From NCBI GenBank assembly GCA_040768745.1, contig JAXGMI010000001.1:756805-820804 (forward strand): DNA of 64,000 bases, written 5' to 3'. This document shows positions 1 to 9,591 of the stretch, piece by piece. The notes beneath the pieces were generated by a model, which ran no database searches, had not been told where the DNA came from, and worked only from the letters and a program-made list of their open reading frames with translations. Made by a program: the position numbers and the translations under genes. How positions within the stretch are numbered: position 1 is the first letter of the stretch; each line of letters begins with the position of its first letter. The DNA is from Desulfomicrobium sp. (GTDB taxonomy: Bacteria; Desulfobacterota; Desulfovibrionia; Desulfovibrionales; Desulfomicrobiaceae).

Positions 1-406
1 CCGGGGCCGAGGTCAGCAGCCTGGACCGGACATACGTCAGCTCCCGACCCAGCAGCTCGCGAACGCGGCTGCCCAGCTCGCCATGCCGGGCGATCTCCAG
101 GAAAAGGTCCACCTCGGGCAATTCCCGGGACAGATCCTGTCCATACCGGGAGACGAGGCAGCCCGTGACCACCAGCAGGGGTTTGGGGTGTCTCCCGGCC
201 AGGGCCTGGGCTGTGTCCAGGATGACTTGCAGAGATTCGCTCACGGCAGGCTCGATGAATCCGCAGGTATTGATCAGGACCACCTCGGCCTCCTCGGGCG
301 TGGCCGCGTTGACAAAGCTGGCGCCGAATCCCCCCAGCATCCACTCGGTGTCCACCAGATTCTTGGGGCAGCCGAGACTTATGGCATGTATGCGAATCTT
401 CTCCAT
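1..406 (-). CDS. rimO: Ribosomal protein S12 methylthiotransferase, 5' part (runs off window)
   Basis: Hand translation from ATG at 406: MEKIRIHAISLGCPKNLVDTE...INTCGFIEPA...VVTGCLVSRY, the UPF0004 N-terminal motifs of RimO; start overlaps upstream stop. Confidence 0.85.
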   Translation of the reverse strand, partial: MEKIRIHAISLGCPKNLVDTEWMLGGFGASFVNAATPEEAEVVLINTCGFIEPAVSESLQVILDTAQALAGRHPKPLLVVTGCLVSRYGQDLSRELPEVDLFLEIARHGELGSRVRELLGRELTYVRSRLLTSAP

Positions 407-1455
407 CACTCCTCCACATCCAGAAAGATATCCTGCTCAGGCCAGAACGCCACCCGGTCCCTGCTGATGCCAAGATGTTCCAGGGCCGGGGCATTGGCCC
501 GCCCATGCCCCCACAATTCCCCCTGCAGACGGCGGGGCAGAAGGGCCCGGCTGACCTTGCGGCCAGCAAGCTTCTCCTGCAAAAACAGACGCAGGGCCTC
601 GGACCGGACCATGCTCCCGAAGGCTGGATGCCACGGTCCGGCCATCAGCTTGGCCAGCATTTCCCTCTCACTGGCCAGACCCAGACGGATGACCCGGATC
701 CCCGCCTCCCAGAATCGCAGTACGGCCCAGCCCGTTTCCGCCACGGCAAGGTCCAGGGACCAGGGCGAATACTCACCCCGGATGAACATTCGGTCCAGCT
801 CCGTCCCGGCCATGACGACGCAGGGGTAGATGCGAATCACGCTCGGGGCAAGCCTCAGTGCCTTCCCCACATCCTCTCTCCAGGTGGCCTCGCCATGGCC
901 GGGCAGGCCCGGCAAAAGCTGGATGCCCAGCTCCAGCCCACCTGCGCGGACCATGCGACAGGCCTCCTCTGCCACCTGCCCCGCATATCCCCGACCGCTG
1001 TTGCGCAATACGTCCGTGTCAAAGGTCTGCACGCCGATTTCGATCATATCAACCCCATCCCGGCGCAAGCGGGCAATGGTGTCGACGTCGATCCTGTCCG
1101 GTCGGGTGGAGAGGCGGAGGTGCTGCAGTTGCCCACTGGCCCGAAACCGCGCAGCCAGGTTCAGGAACAGATTCTGCGACCTTTCGTCCAGTCCCGTGAA
1201 AGTCCCTCCGAAAAAGCCGAGAGCGTATGGCTTTTCCTCGCGGGACAGCCGCCCCTCCAGGGTTTCCAGGACCTGGGAGCTGGCCTGCGGCCGCACTCCT
1301 GTCTGGAGCTGCTGGTCGCAGAACACGCAGCGCCCTGGACACCCTGCAAAGGGGAGGAAAACCGGAACAAGGCGGATTTTCTGCCTCTCTGGTTCGGGAT
1401 GGGCCAAGCGCAGGGTCCGAATTTTTTCCATGCTCATCAAAAAGAAAAAAAACAA
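406..1455 (-). CDS. Radical SAM protein (Elp3/YhcC-like)
   Basis: CPGRCVFC (CxxxCxxC), FFGGTFT, LSTRPD, IEIGVQT motifs; true start probably a few codons in. Confidence 0.8.
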   Translation of the reverse strand: MFFFFLMSMEKIRTLRLAHPEPERQKIRLVPVFLPFAGCPGRCVFCDQQLQTGVRPQASSQVLETLEGRLSREEKPYALGFFGGTFTGLDERSQNLFLNLAARFRASGQLQHLRLSTRPDRIDVDTIARLRRDGVDMIEIGVQTFDTDVLRNSGRGYAGQVAEEACRMVRAGGLELGIQLLPGLPGHGEATWREDVGKALRLAPSVIRIYPCVVMAGTELDRMFIRGEYSPWSLDLAVAETGWAVLRFWEAGIRVIRLGLASEREMLAKLMAGPWHPAFGSMVRSEALRLFLQEKLAGRKVSRALLPRRLQGELWGHGRANAPALEHLGISRDRVAFWPEQDIFLDVEE

Positions 1456-1612
1456 CGTGTTATGCTTGAAAAAAAAACTTCCATTCGATAAAGAGTAAAC
1501 AGATGTCTGATCCCCAATGCGGAGACCTGCCTGGGCGGGTCTGATTCAGAGCGTCGCAGCGCAACATAGCCTTGAATCTGCGTCGGAGCCCGTCCCGGCG
1601 CCAGGAGGACCG

Positions 1613-1906
1613 ATGAGCACAAATACCCTGACGAAAGCCGAAATCGTCGACAACATTTACGAAAAATCCGAACGCAACCGGGCGGAGGTCAAGGCGCAGG
1701 TCGAAACCATGCTCGATATCATGAAAGACGCCATCAAGAAGGATCATTCCCTCCTGATCAGCGGATTCGGAAAATTTGAGGCCTACGACAAGGACGCGCG
1801 CAAGGGCCGCAATCCACAAACCAGTGAATCCATCATCCTGGCTGAGCGCAAGGTCGTGGTATTCCGCATTTCCCGCAAGCTCCGGGCTGAACTCAATCCG
1901 CAATAA
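1613..1906 (+). CDS. ihfA: Integration host factor alpha / HU-family DNA-binding protein
   Basis: TLTKAEIVD, ISGFGKF, RKGRNPQT motifs; AGGAGG RBS before ATG 1613. Confidence 0.85.
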   Translation: MSTNTLTKAEIVDNIYEKSERNRAEVKAQVETMLDIMKDAIKKDHSLLISGFGKFEAYDKDARKGRNPQTSESIILAERKVVVFRISRKLRAELNPQ

Positions 1907-2660
1907 CGAAGCAATCCGGGCTTTCTTTGCTCAGCCGTAACCTGTTGGCCTCGGCCTCGGGCAGACTGGAGAAGGCCCCGATCTGTACCCGCCAATATGT
2001 CGTGCCGCCCAGTTCCCCCATGGTGATGCGGGTGCCGGGAAAGCCCCTGGCCACGAGCTTGTCCCTGAGCCGTCTGGCATTCTCCTGCACCACGAAGGCG
2101 CCGTACTGTACGTAAAAGGGGCCCACGTACTGGATCCGCTCGCCCGGGATGGTCTGCAGATAAACCCGGGCCGTGCCCGGACCGACCACACCCAGCATGT
2201 CTGCCGCCGCATAGGACAAATCGATGACCCTGTTGTTGACGAAAGGCCCGCGGTCGTTGACGCGCACCTCCGCCGTGCGGCCGTTTTCGAGGTTGCGGAC
2301 CAGCAACCGCGTATTCATAGGCAGGATGCGGTGGGCCGCCGTCATCTGGTACATGTCGTACCATTCGCCGTTGGCCGTCTTCTTGCCGTGAAAATCTGGA
2401 CCGTACCAGGAGGCCACACCGGTTTCCGAATAGCCTTCGGCGGAGCCCAGGGGATAATAGGTCTGGCCCAGCACAGTGTAGGGTTTGTAAGTCCCGCCTT
2501 TGCCCTTGGGGGACGGGGGTGTGCCTGACGGCGATGACGGAGAGCCGATCCCCGGAATGTATTTGGAGCTGCAACCGGCCAGGCCCACCCACAGAAGCAG
2601 AAGGCCCAGCACCACCGTCAGGCCCCGGCGCGTGTACCCTGGGCGCTGCCGCCGACTCAT
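1893..2660 (-). CDS. rlpA: Septal ring lytic transglycosylase RlpA family lipoprotein with SPOR domain
   Basis: Lipobox LAGC; GVASWYG, TAAHRILP, VRVNDRGPF, IDLSYAAA; C-terminal YWRVQIGAF. Confidence 0.9.
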   Translation of the reverse strand: MSRRQRPGYTRRGLTVVLGLLLLWVGLAGCSSKYIPGIGSPSSPSGTPPSPKGKGGTYKPYTVLGQTYYPLGSAEGYSETGVASWYGPDFHGKKTANGEWYDMYQMTAAHRILPMNTRLLVRNLENGRTAEVRVNDRGPFVNNRVIDLSYAAADMLGVVGPGTARVYLQTIPGERIQYVGPFYVQYGAFVVQENARRLRDKLVARGFPGTRITMGELGGTTYWRVQIGAFSSLPEAEANRLRLSKESPDCFVIAD

Positions 2661-3262
2661 GTCTCGATCACCTTCACCGACAGCACAACGCCACCATCAG
2701 CCCTGTCCAGCAGTCTGCGTATTTCCGCCCCGCTGACCGGTGTTCCGTTCCAGGTGCACACGCAATCGTCCAGCCGCATGTCCTGATCGTCCAAGAAATC
2801 GCCCAAGGCGTCCGCGCGCACAACCACTCCCTGACCCAGGATAGGCCGAAAACAGTCTGTGGCCACGAAATTGAACATCTTCAACGTGGCCACACCTCCG
2901 GAGTGGGCCCTCTCCTGCTTGCTGAGCAAATCCGGACGGAACGCCTTGATGGGACTGGACCTGCGCAGGGCAATCCCGCACAGCCCCGGCATGGTCCCGC
3001 TCATGCCCACCGCGTCGCCGTCCCCGACAATCTCCGCAGCCCAGTCGTCCACCGGCGAGTTGTTCAGGAAAAGCCCAGGCACGCTGTTGATCGCGTACTG
3101 TACGTCCATGCCCAAGACCTTGGTCATGAAATCGCGCACACTGACCGCCTTGGTCAAAAACACCCCCACTCCCCGGCGGAGCAGACCTGCCCAGACCGAA
3201 GCTTGCGTTTCCGGAGCCGCAATGGACAAATGGTTTGAACCCGCTTCAATTATGTCCTGCAT
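2657..3262 (-). CDS. Hypothetical protein
   Basis: Open frame with host-like codon usage, stop overlaps rlpA start; start placed at MQDIIE. Confidence 0.6.
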   Translation of the reverse strand: MQDIIEAGSNHLSIAAPETQASVWAGLLRRGVGVFLTKAVSVRDFMTKVLGMDVQYAINSVPGLFLNNSPVDDWAAEIVGDGDAVGMSGTMPGLCGIALRRSSPIKAFRPDLLSKQERAHSGGVATLKMFNFVATDCFRPILGQGVVVRADALGDFLDDQDMRLDDCVCTWNGTPVSGAEIRRLLDRADGGVVLSVKVIET

Positions 3263-3366
3263 GGCACAACATCCTTTTTTTCTTGACTTTATCCAGCAAC
3301 TGTCCGCTAACAAAAGTGAAATACACATTGCCGTGCTTCTGTACACGAAACCCAAAGGAGATACCC

Positions 3367-5088
3367 ATGAAGATTCTACGCATCAATACGCGGACCAAGG
3401 GCTATACGTTCGAGTCCTGTGGAGCCTTGTCCGGTCTGGGTGGTCGGGCCCTGACGTCACGAGTGGTGAATAAGGAAGTTCCGGCGGACTGTCACCCGCT
3501 TTCCGCGGACAACAAGCTGGTCATTGCCGGCGGTGTTCTGGCCCCGACCAACGCGGCCAATTCCGGCCGTGTGTCCGTGGGGTCCAAGTCGCCGCTGACC
3601 GGTGGCATCAAGGAGAGCAATTCCGGCGGGCAGTTCGCGCACACGCTGCCCAAGCTGGGCCTGCAGGCCATCATCCTGGAGGACAAGCCGGCGGCGGGCA
3701 GCCCCATGCAGGAGATTTTCATCACGGCGGACAAGGTGGTGTTCAAGGATTCCGCCGTGGCCGGGATGCGCACGTACGCGGCCCAGGAGAAGCTGCTGGC
3801 GGCATATGGAGAGAAGGCCGTGACGGCCATGGTCGGCCCTGCCGGGGAGCAGTGTCTGTCCGCGGCCACCATTCAGTTCTCGGATCCCGAAGGCCTGCCG
3901 TCCCGTTCGGCCGGCCGCGGGGGCATGGGTGCGGTCATGGGTTCCAAGGGCGTGAAGGCCATCATCCTGGACCCGGAGGCCGATGTGAAGACCGCATACG
4001 GCAATGAGGAGCTGTTCAAGGAGGCCCGCAAGGAGTGGGTCGACATCCTGCGCAACCATCCCGTGACCAGTCAGGGTCTGCCCGGGTTCGGCACGGCCGT
4101 GCTGGTCAACGTCATCAACGAGGCCGGGGCCCTGCCGACCAAGAACTTCCGCTCGGGCAAGTTCGACAGGGCGGAGAAGATCTCCGGGGAAACCCTGGCC
4201 GCCAATATCGAGAAGCGTGGGGGCAAGACCAAGCACGGCTGCCACACGGGCTGCATCATCCAGTGCTCCCAGGTCTATCATGACCAGTCGGGCAAGTACC
4301 TGACCACGGGTTTTGAGTACGAGACCATCTGGGGTTTTGGGGCCAATCTGACCATCGACAATCTGGACGACATCGCTGTCATGGACCGGACCTGCGACGA
4401 AGTGGGGGTGGACACCATCGAGATGGCCAACACCATGGCCATGGCCATGGAGGCTGGGGTCATCGCCTGGGGCGACAGCAAGGGTGTCATCGCGGAGCTG
4501 AACAAGGTCGGGACCAAGGACCCGCTGGGCCGGATCTACGGCAACGGCACGGGCTTCACGGCCCAGGCATTTGGCGTGGACCGGGTGCCGACCGTCAAGA
4601 ACCAGGCCCTGCCGGCCTACGACCCGCGTGCGGTCAAGGGCGTGGGCGTGACCTACGCCACCACGCCCATGGGGGCGGACCACACGGCCGGATACGGCGT
4701 GTGCCAGAACGTGTTGAAGGTAGGCGGGGATGTGGATGGGCACAAGAAGGAAGGCAACATCGCCATCTCCAAGAATCTGCAGGTGGCCACGGCGGCCGTG
4801 GATTCGCTCGGTCTGTGCCTGTTCGTGGCCTTTGCGATCCTTGACGACGCCCGCGGGGTGCCGTGCATGGCCAGGCTGGTGTCCGGTCTGACGGGCAGGG
4901 ATTTCAGCGTGGACGAGATGATCGCCATGGGCGCGAACTGCCTGAAGGACGAGCTGGACTTCAACAGGCGGGCCGGCTTCACCGACGCCGACGACCAGCT
5001 GCCCCGCTTCTTCCAGCAGGAAACCCTTCCCCCGCATGGCGTCAGCTGGGGCTATTCCGCACAGGAACTCCAGGACGCAAAGGTCTAG
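3367..5088 (+). CDS. aor: Aldehyde:ferredoxin oxidoreductase (W-dependent AOR family)
   Basis: KSPLTGGIKESNSGG, AGRGGMGAVMGSKGVKAI, GCxxGCxxxC, EYET, PAYDPR motifs. Confidence 0.92.
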   Translation: MKILRINTRTKGYTFESCGALSGLGGRALTSRVVNKEVPADCHPLSADNKLVIAGGVLAPTNAANSGRVSVGSKSPLTGGIKESNSGGQFAHTLPKLGLQAIILEDKPAAGSPMQEIFITADKVVFKDSAVAGMRTYAAQEKLLAAYGEKAVTAMVGPAGEQCLSAATIQFSDPEGLPSRSAGRGGMGAVMGSKGVKAIILDPEADVKTAYGNEELFKEARKEWVDILRNHPVTSQGLPGFGTAVLVNVINEAGALPTKNFRSGKFDRAEKISGETLAANIEKRGGKTKHGCHTGCIIQCSQVYHDQSGKYLTTGFEYETIWGFGANLTIDNLDDIAVMDRTCDEVGVDTIEMANTMAMAMEAGVIAWGDSKGVIAELNKVGTKDPLGRIYGNGTGFTAQAFGVDRVPTVKNQALPAYDPRAVKGVGVTYATTPMGADHTAGYGVCQNVLKVGGDVDGHKKEGNIAISKNLQVATAAVDSLGLCLFVAFAILDDARGVPCMARLVSGLTGRDFSVDEMIAMGANCLKDELDFNRRAGFTDADDQLPRFFQQETLPPHGVSWGYSAQELQDAKV

Positions 5089-5113
5089 CCCCGGCTCCCA
5101 TGGCTTCACAACG

Positions 5114-5148
5114 ACGAATCCCCGCCTTGCGGCGGGGATTCGTTTTCC
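5114..5148 (+). terminator. Intrinsic terminator between convergent aor and CLC genes
   Basis: 13-bp stem ACGAATCCCCGCC-TTGC-GGCGGGGATTCGT followed by TTT. Confidence 0.75.
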
Positions 5149-5179
5149 CGGGCCCGGAATCAGCCGCCCTCCGACGCAG

Positions 5180-6997
5180 TCACTCCTTCTCCTTCATGGA
5201 CCGCAGGGTCTTGGCGTAGGCCGTGAACACGTCCTCCCTGGCCAGCATGCCCAGGACCCTGGTTTCGTCTTCGCCGTCCACCACGGGCAGCTGGGCCAGA
5301 TCCGACTCAACGAACTTGAGCAGGGCCGTGTAGAGGTCCTCGTCGGGGCGCAGCAGGACCGCGCTGCGGGCCACGTCACCGGCCACCAGGATCTCGCAGA
5401 GGGTTTCCTCGTAGAGAACCCTGCGCAGGTCTTGCAGGGAAAGGATACCCGAAATCCTGTCGTCCTTGCCCCGCACCGGAAAGCAGAGTTCGTTTGAGTT
5501 GACGATGATGTCCGTCAGGGCGCCGAAATGCGTGCCCTCCTCCACGATGCTGACGCGTCCGGGCTTGTAGTGGTCCCGGACCTGCTCGCGCTCCAGGATG
5601 TTGATGGTCGAGTCGCTCACGTGGGCCGGAGAGTCGAACTTGTTGTCCACCTGGTTCTCGTAGAGGGAGGTCCTGCGGCCCAGCACGATGGTCACGGCCG
5701 AGGCCAGCATGAGGGGGGCCAGAAGGCCGTAGCCCTGGGTCAGCTCGCAGACCATGACCAGGGGACCGACAGGGGCGTTGGCCACGCCGGAAAAAAACGC
5801 GGCCATGCCCACCAGCACGTACCCTCCTGGTTCTGTCACGATATGCGGGAACGTGCGCTGGGCAAGGGCGCCCACCACGCCGCCGCTCATGCCGCCCACG
5901 AAAAGGGCGGGAGCGAACATGCCTCCGCTCATACCCGACCCGAGGACCACGGACGTGGCCAGGGTTTTGCCGACGATCATCCCGGCCATCATGGTCACCG
6001 AAAGCTTGCCGAGCATGGCGAGTTCCAGCCAGCCCTGGCCGCCGCCCAGAAGCTGCGGGAAAGCGTACCCCAGCCCGGCCATGCCGAGCCCGCCGAGGGT
6101 CAGGGCCGGCATGAACCCGAAGCGGTCCGTCAGGGGCCAGAAGACCTTGTATTTGATGGCCCGGAACGTCCCCACGTAGAACCAGCCTGTCGCCGCACAG
6201 ACCAGGCCAAGCAGGGCGTAGAAGGGCAACTCACGGATATCGGAGAATTCGAACCTGGGAATGCCGAAGATGGGATCCGCCCCGAAGACCAGGGTGAAAA
6301 TCGAATAGGAAACCACTGAGGACAGGATGGACGGGAGCAGGGCCTCGGCCTCGAAGTCTTCGCGGTAGATGACCTCCACAGCCGTGAGGGCGCCGCCCAG
6401 GGGGGCGCGGAAGATGGCCCCTAGGCCACCGGCTGCACCCGCCAGAAGCATGATGCGCCGCTCCTTGGCCGAAAGGCGCAGCTTCCCGGCCAGCCAGGAA
6501 CCGCACCCCGCCCCGAGCAGGGAAATGGGCCCCTCGCGCCCGGCGCTGCCGCCGGCGGCAATGGTCAGTACCGACGTCCCGACCTTGATGAGCGGAACGG
6601 CAGGAAGAATGCGCCCTCCCTGCTGGTGGAAGGCCTTGATCATGGTGTCCGTGCCGTCGGTGCCGCCGTGCCGCGTCTGGGGTACGAAACGGCTCACCAG
6701 CCAGCCGGTAAGGAGTCCCACCCCGCCCAGAAAGACAAAAAGCAGCCAGGGCCTGGCAGGACCGGACGGCCCGCTGAAAAGCCGCTCTCCGGCCGGTGCC
6801 GGCACGGAGAACCCGGCCAAGTGGTGCAGCAGGAAATGCCCCAGGGCCTCGACCCCGACATAGAAGACCACGGCGCCCAGGCCCGTCATGGCCCCGACCA
6901 CGATGCCCAGGGCCAGCCATTTGAAGCTCAGAATGGAGCGGTAGCTGCGGATGAGATCCGTATGAACGCCAAAGAGGGAACGGAGAAAGGCGCGCAT
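5180..6997 (-). CDS. CLC-family chloride channel/transporter with C-terminal CBS pair
   Basis: GSAGREGP, FRAPLGGAL, GGMFAPALF motifs, multiple TM segments, CBS-like tail; start placed at MRAFLR. Confidence 0.9.
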   Translation of the reverse strand: MRAFLRSLFGVHTDLIRSYRSILSFKWLALGIVVGAMTGLGAVVFYVGVEALGHFLLHHLAGFSVPAPAGERLFSGPSGPARPWLLFVFLGGVGLLTGWLVSRFVPQTRHGGTDGTDTMIKAFHQQGGRILPAVPLIKVGTSVLTIAAGGSAGREGPISLLGAGCGSWLAGKLRLSAKERRIMLLAGAAGGLGAIFRAPLGGALTAVEVIYREDFEAEALLPSILSSVVSYSIFTLVFGADPIFGIPRFEFSDIRELPFYALLGLVCAATGWFYVGTFRAIKYKVFWPLTDRFGFMPALTLGGLGMAGLGYAFPQLLGGGQGWLELAMLGKLSVTMMAGMIVGKTLATSVVLGSGMSGGMFAPALFVGGMSGGVVGALAQRTFPHIVTEPGGYVLVGMAAFFSGVANAPVGPLVMVCELTQGYGLLAPLMLASAVTIVLGRRTSLYENQVDNKFDSPAHVSDSTINILEREQVRDHYKPGRVSIVEEGTHFGALTDIIVNSNELCFPVRGKDDRISGILSLQDLRRVLYEETLCEILVAGDVARSAVLLRPDEDLYTALLKFVESDLAQLPVVDGEDETRVLGMLAREDVFTAYAKTLRSMKEKE

Positions 6998-7007
6998 GGA
7001 TTCGCGG

Positions 7008-7952
7008 TCAGACCAGACGGGCTTCGGGCAGGGCCAGGATGGTCCGTCCCAGCGCAATGTCCTTGCCGATCTGAGTCTTCAGTTCCTCCAGACCAGAAAA
7101 CTTGCGCTCCCCGCGCAGGCGTTGCACGAAATGAACTTTCAGATCCCTTCCGTACAGGTCGGACTGGAAGTCGAGGATGTGCACTTCCACGGACAGGACC
7201 TCGTTGCCGAAGGTCGGATTGTATCCGATGTTGGCCACGGCTGGCTGGATCTGGCCGTCCACCTCGGCCCAGCAGCAATACACCCCGGTCTTGGGAAAAA
7301 GTTCATCCCGCAGGTGCACGTTGGCCGTGGGAAAGCCCAGCAGCCGCCCCCCCCTGTCCTGGCCGTGGACCACTGTTCCGGCCACGCGGTAGAATCTGCC
7401 CAGCAAAGGACGCACGGCCCAGACATCCCCGGCTTCCACCAGGTCCCGGATCCGCGTGGAGCTGACCACCGCCTGATCGACAAGAACCGGCTCCAGCTGC
7501 TCCACCCCGAACCCCCACTGTTTGCCCAGGACGGACAGCAGGGCGTAATTGCCTGCCCTGCCCTTGCCGAAGGCGTAGTCATATCCGATGACGAGTTCCC
7601 TGACGTTGAGGCCTTCCACCAGAATGCGGCGCACGAAGTCCTCGGGGGCCATGCTGGCCAGGGGCTGGTTGAATTCGAGGCACAGGAGATGGTCGATGCC
7701 AAGACCGCCGATGAGTTCGGCCTTGTGGTCGGGCATGGTGATGAAGGGAGGCGTCTTCTTGCCGGTGAAAAAACGCAGGGGATGGGGTTCAAAAGTGATG
7801 ACCACAGACGGCAGACCGAGGCTGACGGCCCGGTCCCGGACCCGGGCGATGAGTCGCTGGTGTCCGATATGGACCCCATCGAAATTGCCGATGGTCACGC
7901 AGGACCCCTGTGCAAGACCGCCGATCTGATCCGGCCAGGTGACGCAATGCAT
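7008..7952 (-). CDS. ribF: Bifunctional riboflavin kinase / FAD synthetase
   Basis: IGNFDGVHIGH, VSSTRIR, GFPTAN, NIGYNPTF, EVHILDF, LRGERKF. Confidence 0.95.
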   Translation of the reverse strand: MHCVTWPDQIGGLAQGSCVTIGNFDGVHIGHQRLIARVRDRAVSLGLPSVVITFEPHPLRFFTGKKTPPFITMPDHKAELIGGLGIDHLLCLEFNQPLASMAPEDFVRRILVEGLNVRELVIGYDYAFGKGRAGNYALLSVLGKQWGFGVEQLEPVLVDQAVVSSTRIRDLVEAGDVWAVRPLLGRFYRVAGTVVHGQDRGGRLLGFPTANVHLRDELFPKTGVYCCWAEVDGQIQPAVANIGYNPTFGNEVLSVEVHILDFQSDLYGRDLKVHFVQRLRGERKFSGLEELKTQIGKDIALGRTILALPEARLV

Positions 7953-8128
7953 GAATGTTCTTCCTCCCGAGGACAGGCTGGGCTTGCGTCTATACTAAAA
8001 GTATACAGGGTTCAACAAAGACCAGTGCGCCGTATTCCCGGTTGGTGACGGGCCAGAAAATTTCGGGCCCCCAGACAAAAGGTCTTGCCAAAGCCCCGCG
8101 GCTTGCTTAATGACGCTCTTCACGCCGT

Positions 8129-8215
8129 GCCGAAGTGGTGGAATTGGTAGACACGCTAGGTTCAGGGTCTAGTGGGGGTTCCCCCATGGGAGTTCGAGTC
8201 TCCCCTTCGGCACCA
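8129..8215 (+). tRNA. tRNA-Leu(CAG)
   Basis: 87 nt, TGGTAGAC D-loop, anticodon arm CTAGG-TTCAGGG-TCTAG, long variable arm, GTTCGAGTC T-loop, encoded CCA. Confidence 0.95.
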
Positions 8216-8223
8216 ATAAAATC

Positions 8224-8253
8224 AAGGGGTTGCAGTTCGCTGCAACCCCTTTT
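8224..8253 (+). terminator. Intrinsic terminator of tRNA-Leu
   Basis: AAGGGGTTGCAG-TTCG-CTGCAACCCCTT stem plus T tract. Confidence 0.85.
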
Positions 8254-8311
8254 CTCTTCGGCTTTCTTTGAACCAGGGCCTTCCTTCCGCGCAACAGGAG
8301 TGTGCCGGGTC

Positions 8312-8497
8312 TGTTAGGAAGCGAAGTGTTTGGCACAGCAGGGACATAATGGGATTGAAGGGGATATGGTGGGATGAGTGCTGGAGCGGCGAGGGTTGGC
8401 GGGTGGTTTTAATTTTATTTTTCGTGCTGGTGGATTTGCGGGGGTTTTGGCGCGTAGTCGGTTTGGTTGAGAGAAATTAGCGGGCTATTTGGCGCAG
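8312..8497 (+). repeat. Prophage left end with putative transposase-binding sites
   Basis: TGT-N14-TTTGGCACAG at the end; GCGGGCTATTTGGCGCAG at 8480-8497 matches the right-end site 17/18. Confidence 0.7.
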
Positions 8498-8550
8498 GTG
8501 ATTTTTCAGAATGGGTGTTTTTGGTGTCAGGGGTGCTGACGTTAGATATG

Positions 8551-8571
8551 GGGCCAGGTGGCCCTTTTTTT
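8551..8571 (+). terminator. Putative terminator just inside prophage left end
   Basis: GGGCC-AGGT-GGCCC followed by T7. Confidence 0.5.
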
Positions 8572-9478
8572 ACATCTCCAGCTTGGGATGATTTGATCGG
8601 ATGACACCGTTGACCTTGGTGATGGTCCTGTCGGCACGGATGACCTCTCCATCTTCTCCGTAGACGATATCTTCATCCACGAGGGCGCGCAGCGCATGGC
8701 CAGGCCTGATGTCCAACTCCCCGTGCTGAAACTGCTTCAGCCAGCCTTCGTCGGCCATCTTTGCGCAAAAATTTTTCTTTTCGTGGCGGAATTCCCACAT
8801 GGAAGTCCCTAGAAAGTCTGGCTTTCTGACCATGAGAATCATATCCGTTGAGTTTCTGATCGTATTGCAAGCGAGCAGATCTTCAATCTGTTCCTGTGTG
8901 ACCTGTGCAGAGGCATCAACGCTGGAATCACCGTCATCATTAGAAATGGTGATGCGTTCGTTTTCATGAAGAGGGGCTACGGCATCGCATATTTTGGCCA
9001 TGCCCTTGGCGATGTCGGAAGCCGGGATTTGTTTGTATGCCGGGAATTTCAACGCGCCGCTGCTGGATGCAGTCTCAAATATCTTTGATGTAAGATTTCT
9101 GAATTCTTCATGCGCTCCGAGTGACTTGTTATCGTCAAGATAGCGCAGGACGGAATGTTTGACTTTGACAAGATAAGTGCCAACAGCTTGTTTCCAATCC
9201 AAACTGCGAATAGCATCATCAGGAGTGGCTTCGAGAATTTGCTTCACCCAGATCTTGAGAGACCCTTCTTCAATTTTTTCCAAAAGAAATACTGGCTGAA
9301 TCTTTGAGTCTATTGCAGATACAAATATTGTATCCATCTCCTGAAGGGCACGGATGAAGTCTGCAGCAGCCTGAAATATCCGTTGCGGATTTTCAATACC
9401 GGGTTTGAATGAAATTGTGATGCAATAGTCTGGCCTGGTTTCTTCAGGCCAATTTGCCCATCTTTCTTCGTCTGTCAT
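8570..9478 (-). CDS. Uncharacterised AT-rich prophage moron protein (~302 aa)
   Basis: Long ORF downstream of and co-oriented with the repressor; visibly lower GC than phage core; no motif I can name. Confidence 0.75.
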   Translation of the reverse strand: MTDEERWANWPEETRPDYCITISFKPGIENPQRIFQAAADFIRALQEMDTIFVSAIDSKIQPVFLLEKIEEGSLKIWVKQILEATPDDAIRSLDWKQAVGTYLVKVKHSVLRYLDDNKSLGAHEEFRNLTSKIFETASSSGALKFPAYKQIPASDIAKGMAKICDAVAPLHENERITISNDDGDSSVDASAQVTQEQIEDLLACNTIRNSTDMILMVRKPDFLGTSMWEFRHEKKNFCAKMADEGWLKQFQHGELDIRPGHALRALVDEDIVYGEDGEVIRADRTITKVNGVIRSNHPKLEM

Positions 9479-9591
9479 TGTGGCGCCCATAATTAAGGAC
9501 CATGGAACAAGTTCCGTGGCCCTTATCACATCATGCTCAGATTCCGCAACCAATTAGGATGTATGACACCGAGCATCTGCCGAACGGCGGA

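Noticed and set aside
3457-5109. Long antisense ORFs (also 15929-17635, 27516-29003, 44750-47101 and others)
   Set aside because: Shadow frames of GC-rich genes with no motifs or RBS
8129-8311. tRNA-Leu as att site of the prophage
   Set aside because: No integrase and no tRNA 3' repeat at the phage end; TGT/ACA ends with a 5-bp duplication show transposition 96 bp downstream
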